Assembly (NCBI GenBank): GCA_023213395.1
Contig: CM041465.1
Coordinates: forward strand, 122,147,741 to 122,211,740
DNA length: 64,000 nt
From: Cycas panzhihuaensis
Lineage: Eukaryota > Plantae > Cycadophyta
Reading direction: 5' to 3'
The notes below the pieces were generated by a model. The model saw nothing but the letters and a program-made list of their open reading frames with translations, did not search any database and had not been told where the DNA came from. The position numbers and the translations under genes were made by a program. Position 1 is the first letter of the stretch; the number at the start of each line of letters is the position of its first letter. Below, piece after piece: positions 1-13,514 of this stretch.

Positions 1-1764
1 GTATAATGCAATGTAGAAGGAGTATAATGCTTTGGTCAAGAATGACACATAAGAACTAGTTGATCTCCCTTTAAACAAATTAATAATTGGCACTAAATAG
101 GTTTACAAAATAAAATTCAGATCTGATGGGTCTATTAATAAGCATAAAGCCAGGCTAGTAGCTAAAGGGTATGCTCAAATTAAAGGAATTGATTATAATG
201 AAACATTTACTCCTATGGCTTGAATGGAAACAGTATGTCTTATATTGAGGCTTACTACATAAAAGGAATGGACCATCTAACAAATGGATGGTAAAAGAGC
301 CTTCCTAAATGGATACATAGAAGAGAAGATCTATATCCAATAACCAATAGGCTTTGAAGTTAAAGGGGAGGAAAATAAAGTATACAAACTCAAAAAGCCT
401 TATATGGATTAAAACAAGCACCTAGAGCTTGGTACTCTAGAATAGACAAATATTTTAGAGATAAAAGGTTCGAACAAAGTCAATCAGATCCTAACTTGTA
501 TATAAAGCTTGAAGGAGACTTAATACTTATTGTGGGACTATATGTTGATGGCTTAGTCTACATAGGAAATGACTCTCAATTTCCACAAAAATTCAAAGAT
601 GACATGTGCAAAGAATTTGAGATGACAGATTTAGGCCTTATGCATTACTTCCTGGGTTTGAAAGTATGGCAAGACAAAAATGACATATTTATATCTCAAA
701 GGAAATATATACTAGATTTACTTCAAAAGTTGAAAATGAATGATTGCAAGGTATTAGCTACACTAAAAGAAATTGGAATAAAGCTATCCAAGCTCTATGA
801 TTCTACATCAGTTGATCCTACACTTTATAGGCAGTTGATTGGTAATTTAATCTACCTAACATTAACTCGACCTAATATTTTGAATTGAATAAGCATGGTA
901 TCTAGTTTATACAAAAACCCAAGGCAATGCATTATCAAGTGGAAAAGAGCATACATTGATACTTAAAAGGCACAACTAGTTATAGGTTATATTATAAGTC
1001 CTTAATAGTTTTCAAGTTAATTAGGTACACAAATTTAGACTGGGCAGGTTGTGTTGATGATAGGAAATCTACATCTGGTTACACTTTCAACATGGGATTA
1101 ATATCAATTGCTTGAAGTACCAAGAAGCAAACCATAGTATCCTTATCTACTGCAAAGGTAGAATATAAAGCTACAGTAGCAAGAGCATGTCAAACAATTT
1201 GGCTACGTTAGTTTCTCTATGACTTACAAATGAAATAGGATGAATCTACATGCATGATGTGTGACAAGTAGAGTATAATTCAGATGGCATACAATCTAGT
1301 GTTTCATAGATGAATGAAGCATATTGAACCACATCACTTTATCAGGGAACTAGTACAAGTTAGTAAGATTAAATTGGTTTACTGTAGCATAGATAAACAG
1401 GTGGTAGACTTCTTCACTAAGGCCCTTGGAAGGATCAAGTTTCATAAGTTTAGAGACAAGTTTGGAGTCATCCCTAATGAACATTATAGGGGAGAATGAT
1501 GGAATAATATTCATTAGGGTAATGCAGTGGCATTAGGATATATGAAGCCAACTCCAGCCACCCTAGTTGACCCACTACCCAATTATTTTTAGTGTTTATT
1601 AACACCAAATGTTGGTAGATGTTGGAGAAACCCAATGATTTAATTATTTAAATGGGCCTCATAGCCTAAAGATGTTTCTTAACACCATAAATTTTATGTG
1701 AAAATTCTATTAATCTTCTTGTTATGGCCTTATAATCTCAGTTATGCTCTGCCCTTAGCTAACA
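1..1764 (+). mobile_element. Copia-1: 3' part of a Ty1/copia LTR retrotransposon (decayed RT-RNase H, PPT, 3' LTR); 5' part lies outside the window
   Basis: RT motifs ([42 protein letters not shown]) and RNase H (DWAGCVDDRKSTSG, KHIE..HFIRE, DFFTKAL) with many stops; PPT aggggagaa 1488-1496; LTR TGATGG...CTAACA 1497-1764. Confidence 0.9.
1497..1764 (+). repeat. 3' LTR of Copia-1
   Basis: Starts TG right after the PPT and ends CTAACA exactly where the minus-strand RT of Copia-2 is cut; partner LTR not in window. Confidence 0.7.
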
Positions 1765-4700
1765 AGATCAATTAATTCACACTTCTCGTACTTTGATAAT
1801 ATCAACCTAACCTCTATAGGTGTTATAAGTGGTTTTTAACTATTCATGTTATATTTATACAGTATATCTAAAGTGTCCTTCCTTTGTAATATAAAGATGC
1901 CACTATCAGATTTCCATACTTAAATACCTAAGAAGTAATTCATTTATCCCAAATCTATCATCTTAAATTCTTCACACAAATTTACCTTGAATTGTTTGAA
2001 TAAATATTCACTATTCCTAAGGTAGATTAGGTTGTCAACATAAAACCCCATTATCAAGAATGTTCCATCCAACTTGACATATAAGTTGAGGTTAGGTTGG
2101 CTCCTTAGGAATCCTTTATCTTTGAAGTAATTATTAATCCTAGATTTCCAAGCTCTATGTGCTCGCTTAAGACCATATAATGCTTTCTTTAATTTATAGA
2201 CCATTTCTTTATTTCTTTAAACTTTAAATTATTTTGATTATTAGACATAGATTTCTTCATACACATAACCATTTAGGAATGCACTCTTTACATCATTTTA
2301 GTAGATGGTCTAACTATGTTGTATAATTAAGGCCAAAATTAACCTAAGAGTTTTCACCCTTACAATTGGTGTAAATATTTCATTATAGTCAATGCCTTCC
2401 TTTTGCACATAATATTTGGTGGCTAGATGAGCCTTATACTTACCAATTGACCTATCTAATTTGTACTTTATTTTATAAACCCATTTTATACCAATTATAT
2501 TTTCCCTTGGTGGTAAATCAACCAATTCCCAAGTATTATTTTTCACTAAGGTATTATACTACTTTTTTATAACTTGCTTCCACTCATCTTGAGTGTTGGC
2601 CTCTTCAAAGTTTTAAGGCTCATTGTTTTCTATAACTTATACCATTAAACCAAAATTTACCATACTTTGAGATCCTATTATCCTTCTCTCAAAGTTTATA
2701 TCTAAGAAATCTTAAGAAGAATGACTCTTTTAAACTCATTTAGGAACATTCTTATTATTTTGGCTTGAAGTAGATGATCCTACTCTATTTATGTTGGTAG
2801 TCATAGGTACATCAGTACAACTAATACTTGGTTTTACATTAATGATTATACCCTTTTTAAATCTAGTAAATACATTCCAACTTCATTGAATATGATATCC
2901 CTACTTATGATTATCTTCTTTTCATTAAAATCATATAATTTATAGGACCTTAATGCATCATTATAACCTATAAATATACACTTTATACTTCTATCATCTA
3001 AATTTGTCTACTTTTATTTTAATACATATGTATAATGAATACATACAAGCACCCTTAAGTGTTTTATATTAGGCTTATGACCTAAACAAGCCTCTTTAAG
3101 AATTACCTATCTTATTGCTTTAGTTGTATGTTTATTTAATAGATAAACAGTTGTGTACACTACTTTGGCCCAACACTCATTACCAAGATGATTATCCTTA
3201 AATATACTTCTAAAAATTTTGATTATAGTCTTATTATTCCTCTCAAGCACCCTATTTTATTGAGGGAGGTAAGGATTAGTCAGTTGCTTTCTGATCCCAT
3301 GGTATCTATAATAATCTTTAAATTCGTTGAAAATAAATTCTCCCTCATTATCTTATCTAAGAATTATTATCTTAAAACTATATTATCTTTATATAATGAC
3401 TTTGAAATTGATAAAACATTAAAATACTTTTGATTTATTCTTTAAAAAATATATTCAAGTCATTCTTAAGTAATATTTTACCCTTCTAAGGGACAAGGTA
3501 TCCATTGGTCCATAGAGATCTTTGTACACCAATTAAAGTGGTGCATTGGCTCTTAAACTTCCATTTGGAAAATTTTTCCTTTATTGTTTGCCTAATATAC
3601 ACCCTTCTTAAATTTGTTACTTTTTTTAATATGTGAAAGACCAATGACCAATTACATGTTCTTCATTAAGGTGAGATTATTGTGACTTACATAGTCAAAT
3701 CTATAATGTTTTGTCTTATTATCTTCAATTGATACCTTTAAGGCATAAGTATAACTTAGGAAAATTATAAGCTTGAACAACTTGTCATTTATTATTTGTC
3801 TCTTAGTCATTATGGCTTCATTCTTTAACTTGTTGCTAATTATGAATACAACATTATCAAATATGATCTTGTACTTTTATTCTATTATTTGGCTAATAGA
3901 GAGTAGATTTTTCTTGAGTGTATGGATATAAAGGATATCATATATGTACTTAGGTTTTCCATGATTTATTTAGATGAGCACATTACCTCTACTCATTGAT
4001 TCTTAAGTAGCATTATCACCAAATATGATTCTATTTATTTGAGAGTTATCTAACTTTCAAACCATTCTCTTTTATAGGTCATGTGTATAGAACAATTTAA
4101 ATCTGTGTACCATCTTTCTTTATCTTTATTTTCTATGATACTAGACAAGAAAAGCCTTTAATTTTCTCTTGTTTCCTTATTAGTTATATTAGTTATACCT
4201 TTTTCTAAATTGGACCTTTTAAATAAGTAATTATTCTCCAAGTCTTCACCTCTTTTACAATAGGAACATTGTATAGTTCCTCTACCTTTTCCTCTTGGAC
4301 TTATTCCTCTTTGGCCTTGATTTAGGCATCTTCTTTTAAGACTTTTCCATCTACCCTTAGAATTTTATACTCTAAGAATTTATCTTTGGTCTATCTTCTA
4401 TGATATTGACTTATTCCCTTAAGGATTTAACCTCTTCCTCTTGAACTTTATCCTTCATAATGATTTTGTTATGGTCTAATCCTAATCTTAGTAGCAAAAT
4501 CATGCTTTAATGATTTACCTCCATTTTTATTTTCTTCTACAACAAGCAAAATACTGATAAGTTGATCAACCTTCATTATGATGAGATCTTTTAACACCTC
4601 TATACTAGTAGTTACCATTTTAAAATTTTTAAGATCTCTTACAGTTATTGATGTTTTTATACTACTCTTTGCTCATTAAGGTCTTCCCTCAGAACCTTCA

Positions 4701-5120
4701 TTTGATTAACAAGCCCTTGAATTTTTATTATGTAATCATTAATTGCTTCATTACAATTCATTTTATAATTCTCCAACCTTGTTCATAGTGTTCACAGTTT
4801 TGTTGTCACTACTCCCTCATATGCAATCTTCAATGTATTTCATGCCTCCTTAGATATCTTTGCCTTACTAACACATGGAAAGATGTGATTCTCCAAAGCA
4901 CAAAAAATGAAGGCAAGTACTTCATTATATATTTTTTTTATTTTCTTTAAAGAGTTTGATTTTATTTATAGGAAAATTTTAGGGTGATGCATTATAACCA
5001 TTACAGATCAAAATCCACATCTTTTGAAATAAATTTATGCTTCATTTACTTATTCCAATTCATATAATTTTAACTATCATATTTTGAAACCAAAACATTA
5101 CTTATGCTTGTAGACATCAT
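1765..5120 (-). mobile_element. Copia-2: decayed gag-pol (gag, protease, GAG-pre-integrase, integrase, RT), truncated inside RT by Copia-1
   Basis: Gag start MMSTSISNVLVSKYDS*NY at 5120; ORFs 2310-2546 (NNTWELVDLP, KWVYKIK) and 1944-2204 (YKLKKALYGLK, FYVDNL); frame continues to ...ELIDL at 1765. Its LTRs were not identified. Confidence 0.88.
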
Positions 5121-6967
5121 ACTAAATAGTTTCACAAATAAAAGAAAATATGAACAAATTTACGTAAAAAATATCAAAATCACTAAAAGAACACCATAAA
5201 TTGTTACACTTCAACTCTAAGATATATATAAATGTCTAAGTTAGGACTCTACCATCTCTAAATGATAATTTTTCTATTAATTATTAAGTTATAGTGAGTA
5301 AATGTTGTAATATTTTTCATTTGGATCATCTCATAAAAAGCATGCAAAATATGTACAACAATCTTAAACTTTAAAAACCTTACATCAAATAAAATTAAAT
5401 ATGCTCATATGACCACTTATTTTAAAGGTATGTGAGTTATAAATACAATGGTTTAAACAAAATTGAATTCCGATAGCATATAAGAAAGTTATAGCTAAAA
5501 CGGTATAATGTGGTAGTGAACTTTCTTAATAATTAAGAATGACATTAAAGAGCTACATTAAGATCTTAAAAATGATATAAAACAAAAAACCAATATATGA
5601 TTGTAATCATTGATTTTGAAAGCATAGAAACAAAAATCACAATGAACTAAGTAGATTGAAAATTCAAGTCCAAATTTGAAAGTTGCAATTATCAAAATAG
5701 AAATAAGTGATTAAAAATAAAATAGGCCCCTTAAAATATTAATGAGCCCCTTTTGATTAAGTGTGGTTATGATGTCTTCTTACATGTCCTATAAATTAAG
5801 TGCTCGAGGCTACCTTGCTTTTGAAACTCATAAAAATATAAAATTAAGTTAATTTTTTTAAACTATAAGAAATATTAAATCACCTCAAAAAAGAGATTTT
5901 AGTAATGTATTATCAATTTTCTTTCTAGATTGATTGGCTCTCAGCTTTAGATTCAATTTTGCATGTGAAGGTTAACCTATAATCTAAGAGTGGCTCATCC
6001 TATAAGTGGATTAGTCACAAGCACATTGGTCTCAACCAATTATGGGACTAAGGATGATGCTAAGGTCAAATATATGCAGATCTTCCAATGCACGCATAAT
6101 GTTAGATACCCTTCAGAATATACAATAGTTGGTAGAAAAGAATATGAAGTGAGGGATAATGGAATATACATTGCCAATGGACAAGGTTTAGAAGATATAT
6201 ACACTATGGAAGGATTCTGATGGATTCAACAAAGAAACTCTCAAATATTTGGGACAACAAATCATAAAGGTATTAGGATGGAGGCATGCATTTAAGAAAA
6301 ATAGACCAATATAAATGGAAGACGTAAGTATATATAGGTGAGGTGATTACACATATGGAAATAGGGACGTAACATGTGGAGACAGATACTAAGAGTTTTC
6401 AAACATATACATAAACCATATCACATGGTGGAGGAACATCACATATAAACATAATATAGATGCAAGTCAACAAACCAACCAATGTCATGCTTAAATGTAA
6501 GTACGTGCACTTGTCATATAGAGGATAAAAGAGACAACGTAGGTTTAATGATATGTCATGGGATAAGGCATTTGTAGAGGATTCTTTACTCTATGAATGA
6601 AAGGAGGGATGGAATCTCTAAATAAATGGAATCTAGAGGTCTCGTGACATAATACCAAGGAATATAGATGTACTAATAGAAATAATAATTTAGAAAACAA
6701 AATAAGAAGTACCCACATAGATCTTGCCAAGGTAAGACCATGGAGTCTTAAGTAAGTGGGAGATTGAACAGAGCATATGTAAATATAAAAGGGAAAAAAA
6801 AAAAAGGAATCATAAAATATCAATGTAGTGCACAAGCCTACAATGATTCACACAAGTATAATGATTTAAACAAACATAGCATGTCCCAAGTTGACTTACA
6901 ATGAAGAGTACAAAAGAGAAGATAAATTACTAATAATGAGGTGGTGTTGAAGAACACTAGGGTAATT

Positions 6968-7261
6968 AGCCTCATGGGGTTGGGTGGATTGGTAAGATGT
7001 GGCAATTACCAAGGGTGATACCTAGGTTTAAAACTCATGAGTACAAGCCACTTGACAGGGTAGTGGTCTAATCAACATCTGCTACTACAAAGATAGTAAT
7101 CCGACCAAAGTCCATTGAGTATGTGCCAATTGTATAATGGTGGTATGAACTCCAAGCATGGCCGGTACAAAGGTAGTATGAAAACCTAGACCCTTCCTTT
7201 GGATTATTATACTAAGGTGTGGCTAATGGTTCTCCTCTAGATATCAAAAAAAAAAAAAAAA
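6968..7261 (+). mobile_element. tRNA-derived SINE (~280 bp plus poly(A))
   Basis: Perfect 15-bp TSD aacactagggtaatt at 6953-6967 and 7262-7276; poly(A) from 7246; A-box-like tgggtggattgg 6981-6992 and B-box-like ggtttaaaactc 7025-7036 at tRNA spacing. Confidence 0.88.
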
Positions 7262-7317
7262 AACACTAGGGTAATTGACAACATAAAATATATAGACAAA
7301 ATGATGAGGACTAATGA

Positions 7318-8250
7318 ATGCATTTTAAAGTTAATTTCCTCTCTACCATATTAGATGTGATATTCATAAAACTAGAAACATTGAAAATCTTAGATGGGAT
7401 ATGGACCTTATTGCCACCTTGGGCATGTCCTAAGGTAGCTCTTAACACTGAAGTAGTAGCTAAAGGAAAATATGAGCACTTTGATGAAAATTGCCTTATT
7501 TTCTTGAGTTGACCAAGTAGTCTAGAAAGAAAACTTTTAGAAATAAACAAATGTTATGTACTGATTGAGCAATAATGTTCTGTGAGGAAGGTTGTTTGTA
7601 AGCAAATGACTTAAAGATGTTTAAAGTGTTAGGGAGAAGTACACATGTTGAAGTGGGTGTATGACTTGATGCTTATAGCACCTGAATATAGGTAGGTATT
7701 TGTAGAATGAAAGTATTCATGAGGAATAATTTGAAGAAATACATTATAGATGGAAAATAGCTCGCAAAGCTATCAGTTTGTTGAAATGAACATGAATCAA
7801 GCAGATACAACAAAATCAAGATTTTTGGATCATCAACCATGTGTTGTGATATGAGGAAATATGTGTATGAAGAGCATTAGCATGAAGGTATCACAAAGAA
7901 GGATCTTAAAAAGAAATAAAGGTTTGTAAAGTATAAGATCACAAATTACAAAATGATTATTCGATCTAGTGACGTGGTGGTAGATGAATGAGCCTATATC
8001 TAGAAAGAAAAAATCAAAGAGAAGACACAAAGGAAGATTTAAATACAAGGTTAGATCCATGAAAGTTGATGAACCTAACACATGTCCATATCTTAGAATG
8101 TTTGCAAAAGATGGCCACTCGTAATTGGAGGGATCAGAAGGAAAATGGATGATGAATGAGGTAAGTGATTTTGTGGGATTTGACCACCATCGTTCATCAC
8201 ATCTAGTTGTGCTCACATTAAGCACTCAGAGGACTAGATTTTTAAGATAG
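7318..8250 (+). pseudogene. Highly decayed Ty3/gypsy integrase-like remnant
   Basis: Scattered residual motifs only (GIWTLL, NTEVV, CPYLRMF..LE..MNEVSDF, terminal STQRTRFL); many stops and frameshifts. Confidence 0.3.
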
Positions 8251-8999
8251 AATCAAGTTAAGGAAGGCAATTTATAGGCTAGAGCAATCACAGGTTATTT
8301 TCTAACTAAGCGATAGGAGGACATATAGTGACATCATGTTTATTTATAGAAAGAGAAAGTGTGTGTATTAGAAGACAAAAATATAAAGAGCATCCTTCAA
8401 ATGAAGCATTTACGTGGAAATATACTCACAGAAATAAAGAGGTAATATGTGAACAGAGGCTCATGAGATGAAAGATAAATCGAGAAAGAATGTTTGACCA
8501 ATGACACATGGTAAACATTGAAGAATTTTGTAAGATTGAAGACTATTAATCAACAATATAGCAAGATTAGTGAAGGCAACTAGATCATGAAGGTCTCGAT
8601 TAATCAGAGATAGTAAACTTATATGTTCATCTAGATTGCCTAATCTAGGATTGGAATTATGATCATTCGGTTTGTTGTTACCTTGATGGAGGATTGAATA
8701 GGGCTCAACTAGAATTCAAGTGTGAGCATGGAATGGTATGTCCTATTGGCTATAGAAGAATTCAATTTAATGATAGTTTTCCTCTCAATCTACATCGTAT
8801 GCATTTCAAAGAAGCTCCAAGTGTCAAGCTAGTATCGAGCACCCCCAAAGAGAATTTGGATTTGTAGGAGGAGAAATTGAGCTTAAAAGAGGTTCTATTA
8901 GGATTTGTGAAGGAATTCAAGCTCTACAAATATGTTGACTATTTCAAACACTAAAACAAATTACAAAATGTGAGTTTTTGACTCTTACAAAGTAGAAAA

Positions 9000-10450
9000 G
9001 CTAGTAGATGACCCATTGTAGTAAAATGGGCTAGCTCATATAGGACTTATCCCATAAATGCTTCATTGCCTAAAACTAATTGGCATGGTTGTGCATTGTC
9101 TAAAGTCTGAAATCAAAATGATAATTGGGCCTAACAAATATATAATCCATGACATCACAACTAAAAACTTTTGCAAGATATTCTACCTGCCTAAGTCTAA
9201 GGTGCAATTTGACAATGTGAAGCTTGACAAAGCTATGGGGAAAGATGGGACACTAAGTAGGGAAATGGTAGATTGGCATCTAGAGCCATCAATGTAGCCC
9301 ATGAAGAAAGATGGGTTGATCACCAACATACATAGCCTCATAGCCCCCACCAATACAAATATAGTCTACCCTAATGCAAGTGATGCTACGACAGACAGGT
9401 GAAGTGGAGTATGCACCAACAGTTTCTCCTATAAACATTATAGTAAGAGCAAGTTCTTTTGCACCACAAGAAGCATTGAACACTAGCAGTGCAAGGGCTT
9501 CTAAAGAAGAATAATTAGGCATTGTAACATCTCTTAATTAAGACACCAAAAAAGCAAAGATGATTGTAGATTATTATTTGTAAAAGATAATAACAACTAT
9601 AATGTCTACAAAGGTTGGAAGGAAAAACAATGCCCTGAACAATATGTTCAACATGAAATTATGAATACTTAGCAAGAAAAAGGACCAAAATAGATGACTC
9701 CTCACTAAACACAAGAAGAAACTGTAAGGGAACAACCAAACAATGATCAACTAATGCTAATAGATGGTGGTAATCCACAACAAGAAGAGATATAGGGTGA
9801 ATAAAAAAAATGGAATTGGATCCCTAGGTGATAGAGCAAGTGAAGGTTTGGCAATTAGATGAAGTACTATCTCAAACTTTGTCATTTGACTTGACTAAAA
9901 AAGATCATTTTTACTAATGGAGTAAGGAGGACAAAACTTTCAAGAAATCCATGGTAAAGGGGAAGAAATATATAGAGACCATCTTCTAGCCTCTAAAAGA
10001 TGGCTTAGTCATGGAGGTTGTTAATTTATATTTGGCCATAGGCTAGTGAGTAAAGAATAAAGTCTTTTCCCTACAAACATAGTTACAATAAGTCATGTAG
10101 GAGAATGAAGCTTTAAGGGTAGAGAATGTGAGTCTTAATGACAAGCTTAACCAACTCAGTAAAGCATGGAAACACTTGCTTATTTAAGTCCTTCATGAAA
10201 GAGCTAAATAGGAAATTGAGCAGATGCAAAAGAATGAATCAATTAGAGAGAAATCCTTGCAACTAACTAAAGGATTGCTAAATAAAACTATGCACAATAA
10301 TAAACACTTAGTTCCATACCTCTAGAAGTTAATAAATAGATTGTTTACACTTTATAAGAGGATTGTAATATTGAAGGTGGTGTTTAGGAAGGTAGTAAAT
10401 TCACAAAGTACCTTCCTAAATACCACCATGAAGATAGTATTTTTTTTATA
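9000..10450 (+). pseudogene. Decayed accessory ORF of the type found 3' of pol in non-chromovirus gypsy elements, with coiled-coil C-terminus
   Basis: ORF 9058-9297 (IIHDITTKNFCKIFYLPK), then a low-complexity segment and a heptad-rich stretch (ENEALRVENVSLNDKLNQL) near 10100-10300; same layout as the Gypsy-C ORF at 48621. Confidence 0.35.
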
Positions 10451-13094
10451 AATTCGAAAGGCAAGTAGTTATTGTTGGGCAACAAGGTAGTGTTGTGTCT
10501 AAGCCATTTGTTCACAAATAGCAATATATTTGGGATACATGGATGGGTAGGGATAAAGTAATGATAGAGGGTGCAAATGACAAGGTGGTGATGCATTTAA
10601 ATCAATATATATGTGCAAAATAAATAAAGTATTTTAGAATGAAAATAGAACTCAACTTTATAACAACACTTTTCCTTTGTAAATTTCTATCTTTTCATTC
10701 CCAAAACTAATAAAAACTAAAAACTGAGTTTTTAATAATATAAAAAATATACAAATTTGAGGCCTTTGGCCATAAAAAAGTCCTAACTACCAACCTCTAA
10801 AATTAGGAAACTGACTTGGAGCAAAAAAACTTTCAAATTATTAAATAAAAAAAAAAAAAGAAACTTATTTTTAGTAAAATCTTAACTATTACTACTTTTA
10901 GTAAATTTTCAAAAGTTCTTAAATTCACTTAAAAATTGACCCATAAGTAGCTAAATATATTATAGGCCCCATGGGAATATAATTAATAGAAAATTTATCA
11001 CCTAACTAAGGAAAATAATACTTTTAAATTTTTTACAAAATTAGAAAAAAAAAAAAAAACTTAAATTGAAATTTCAAACACCTGAATGATGTGTTTTGGA
11101 CTTAAAATCAATTTTCTATTCTGGAAAAGCAATAGAACTCATTTGGATTTCATGCAACTTTCTAAGATAATCATTTTGATATGTAATAATCCATACTTTC
11201 ATTCACATGGCAAAAAGTTATGTTATTTTTAGCAAATCTTTTCTAGATGCTTCAGCATTATGCGGTTATAGTAATAATGATGTTTTTACAAGTTTCAAAG
11301 AAACATGTCAAGAGGAAAATAGGGAAAAGAACTAGCAAATGCCCTATCAAGAGTACAAAATACATTATAAAAATTGATCACTAAATTAGAAGGTCTAGAG
11401 AAAAAAACAAGGAATTAAGATTTAAAAAATGAAAGAATTAGCTTAATAGATTGAATAACAATTTAGAGATGAGTATGTTGATGAACAACAATTTAGTGAG
11501 TAGTCTAAAGAATAATCTAAGAAGGTACTTACTTTAAATTCCAATCATGTTTTGCACTTACTTATTTATTTTCATTGTTTTCTCACTCATCTTAAATTTT
11601 CAAGTTTTATAGCCTTGCAAATCCCCTCACTTCATGTTCAACAAATCCTCATAACTAATTTAAAACCCGAAGCCCCGAAATCCCATCTCCTAGTAGGGGA
11701 AGTTTTGGTCTTACTTTAAATCCCTCATTGTGTCATATTCCCTAGGAAATCTATTTAGCACCATCTTGATGTTTATCATCTTCTACTTTTCTTTCAACAA
11801 GCTTCATCTCCTAGCCCTATCAATGTATGCCTCTTCTAGAAAGCACTGAACTTTTTCCCCCTGTATCCCAAATTGCCTTTTACTTACTAGCATGTTTTTC
11901 ACTTAGCCCTTTGCATTACTATATATATAACCTCTACATGCTCTTTTCAAAACCCCCTTCCTATAAAGAATGCCTAGCCTTTATCCACTACTTATTCCCT
12001 ATAAACCCATCATGCCCTAAACTCACTCATAGATATAAATTTGTTTATGTCTCATTCTACATAACATCATCTTTATTATCCATAATTACCTCTTATTTAT
12101 TTCATATCCAACCTCCATATCACATATCCCATTTCCCAATCAAATCCTCATACATGCTACCTCCTAGTTTTTCCCTTAATATAACTTATTAATACCCTTT
12201 ATCCCTCATGTTTCTCGTTTCTTTCTCTTTGATATGTATCCATATAAAATTTCCCTTATACCAACTATCCCTCATATAGCTTCCATATATGTTTTATTTC
12301 ATAGCTTTAATTACACCTCATGCCACTTGTACCCCTTGCTCACATCAACACCTCAATATTAATCTATTATGTCCCTATTTTTGATGCTTACAAAATGCTT
12401 CATATCATCTTCATCATTCCTACTTTGAACCTAACTTCTTACATCCAATTCTCATATCCTGGTACTTTCTCTACCCTTCATCCACCATGCCTTCATAATA
12501 CCTCCTAGCCTACCCTCCAATATCTTTCATCCGCATCTAATCTCATATTTACCCTTATCCTTAATACATTTCTCCTTCACATAATTATCCAACCTTATCT
12601 TCCCTATAATTTAAATTTCTTTCCTTACTCTTCATCTCTTTCAAGCTTGTTTTACATTTTTTATGTTGATCATGTGTGTTTATGTTATACCCCACCTTTC
12701 ATGTCACACATTAGTCAATACCATGACTATCTAACTTATTATTTTCTAAATTTCCTAAGATACTTTTCCCAATATCATTTTTGTAATCCGCATCCTTCTT
12801 TTACATTCCCTCATCTTCCCTTCAAGGATGATTTCAAATGGATACAATGTGTAAATAGGATGTAAGACCTTAAGCAAGTTGAATTCATAACATATAAATC
12901 CCAAAACCATCCAAGTGTAGGGTCTAATACAAAATGCCTATGATATTTTGCCCTTAGCAAGTGGTAGATTAGAGACATACATTGCCTCTCCCATACATTG
13001 TGGGAAATACTTTTCAAGGAATATGAATGCTTTTGATCTATAAGTAACTCATCATTAGTATAAAAAAATAATAATATTTTGAGGGTAAAATATT

Positions 13095-13424
13095 TGTGAA
13101 AAGACATAAAACATGCATGTATTTTGAATTTTAGGATCTTGATCATATATAATAAATAAACAATAAAAAGCACAAGTATATAGTACATAATATTTTATAT
13201 GGAAAACCCTTTCAAAAAAAAATCCACCACAAAATATTGTTAGATCACATTGATGATTCTTGGATGATTTTACAATGGACTCTAGGGTTACTTATAATCC
13301 CCCAAATAGTACATCCAACATAAATGGTTATGACCCTCTGAAATATTTACACCCTTTTATTTTGCATTAACTAATCCATATTTAACATTAATAATATGGC
13401 TTAGCATTAACTACTATGCTAATA
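13095..13424 (-). repeat. 3' LTR of Copia-A
   Basis: Aligns along its length with 50837-51127; adjacent PPT; the terminal CA on the plus strand is mutated to TA. Confidence 0.92.
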
Positions 13425-13514
13425 TTACCCCTTAATATAAATATGGATATTTGATTTACAATTTAAAATCATTGACAAAGGTAAGAATTATCCTTGCTAA
13501 TACATTCCCCCTTA

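Noticed and set aside
5121-6000. 5' LTR and PBS of Copia-2
   Set aside because: No recognisable PBS and no partner LTR in the window.
11827-12865. Several 60-120 aa hydrophobic ORFs
   Set aside because: By-product of the G-poor strand composition; no recognisable motifs.
12900-13090. Chromodomain at the end of Gypsy-I pol
   Set aside because: Only isolated KW and TLWE fragments, not a convincing continuous frame.
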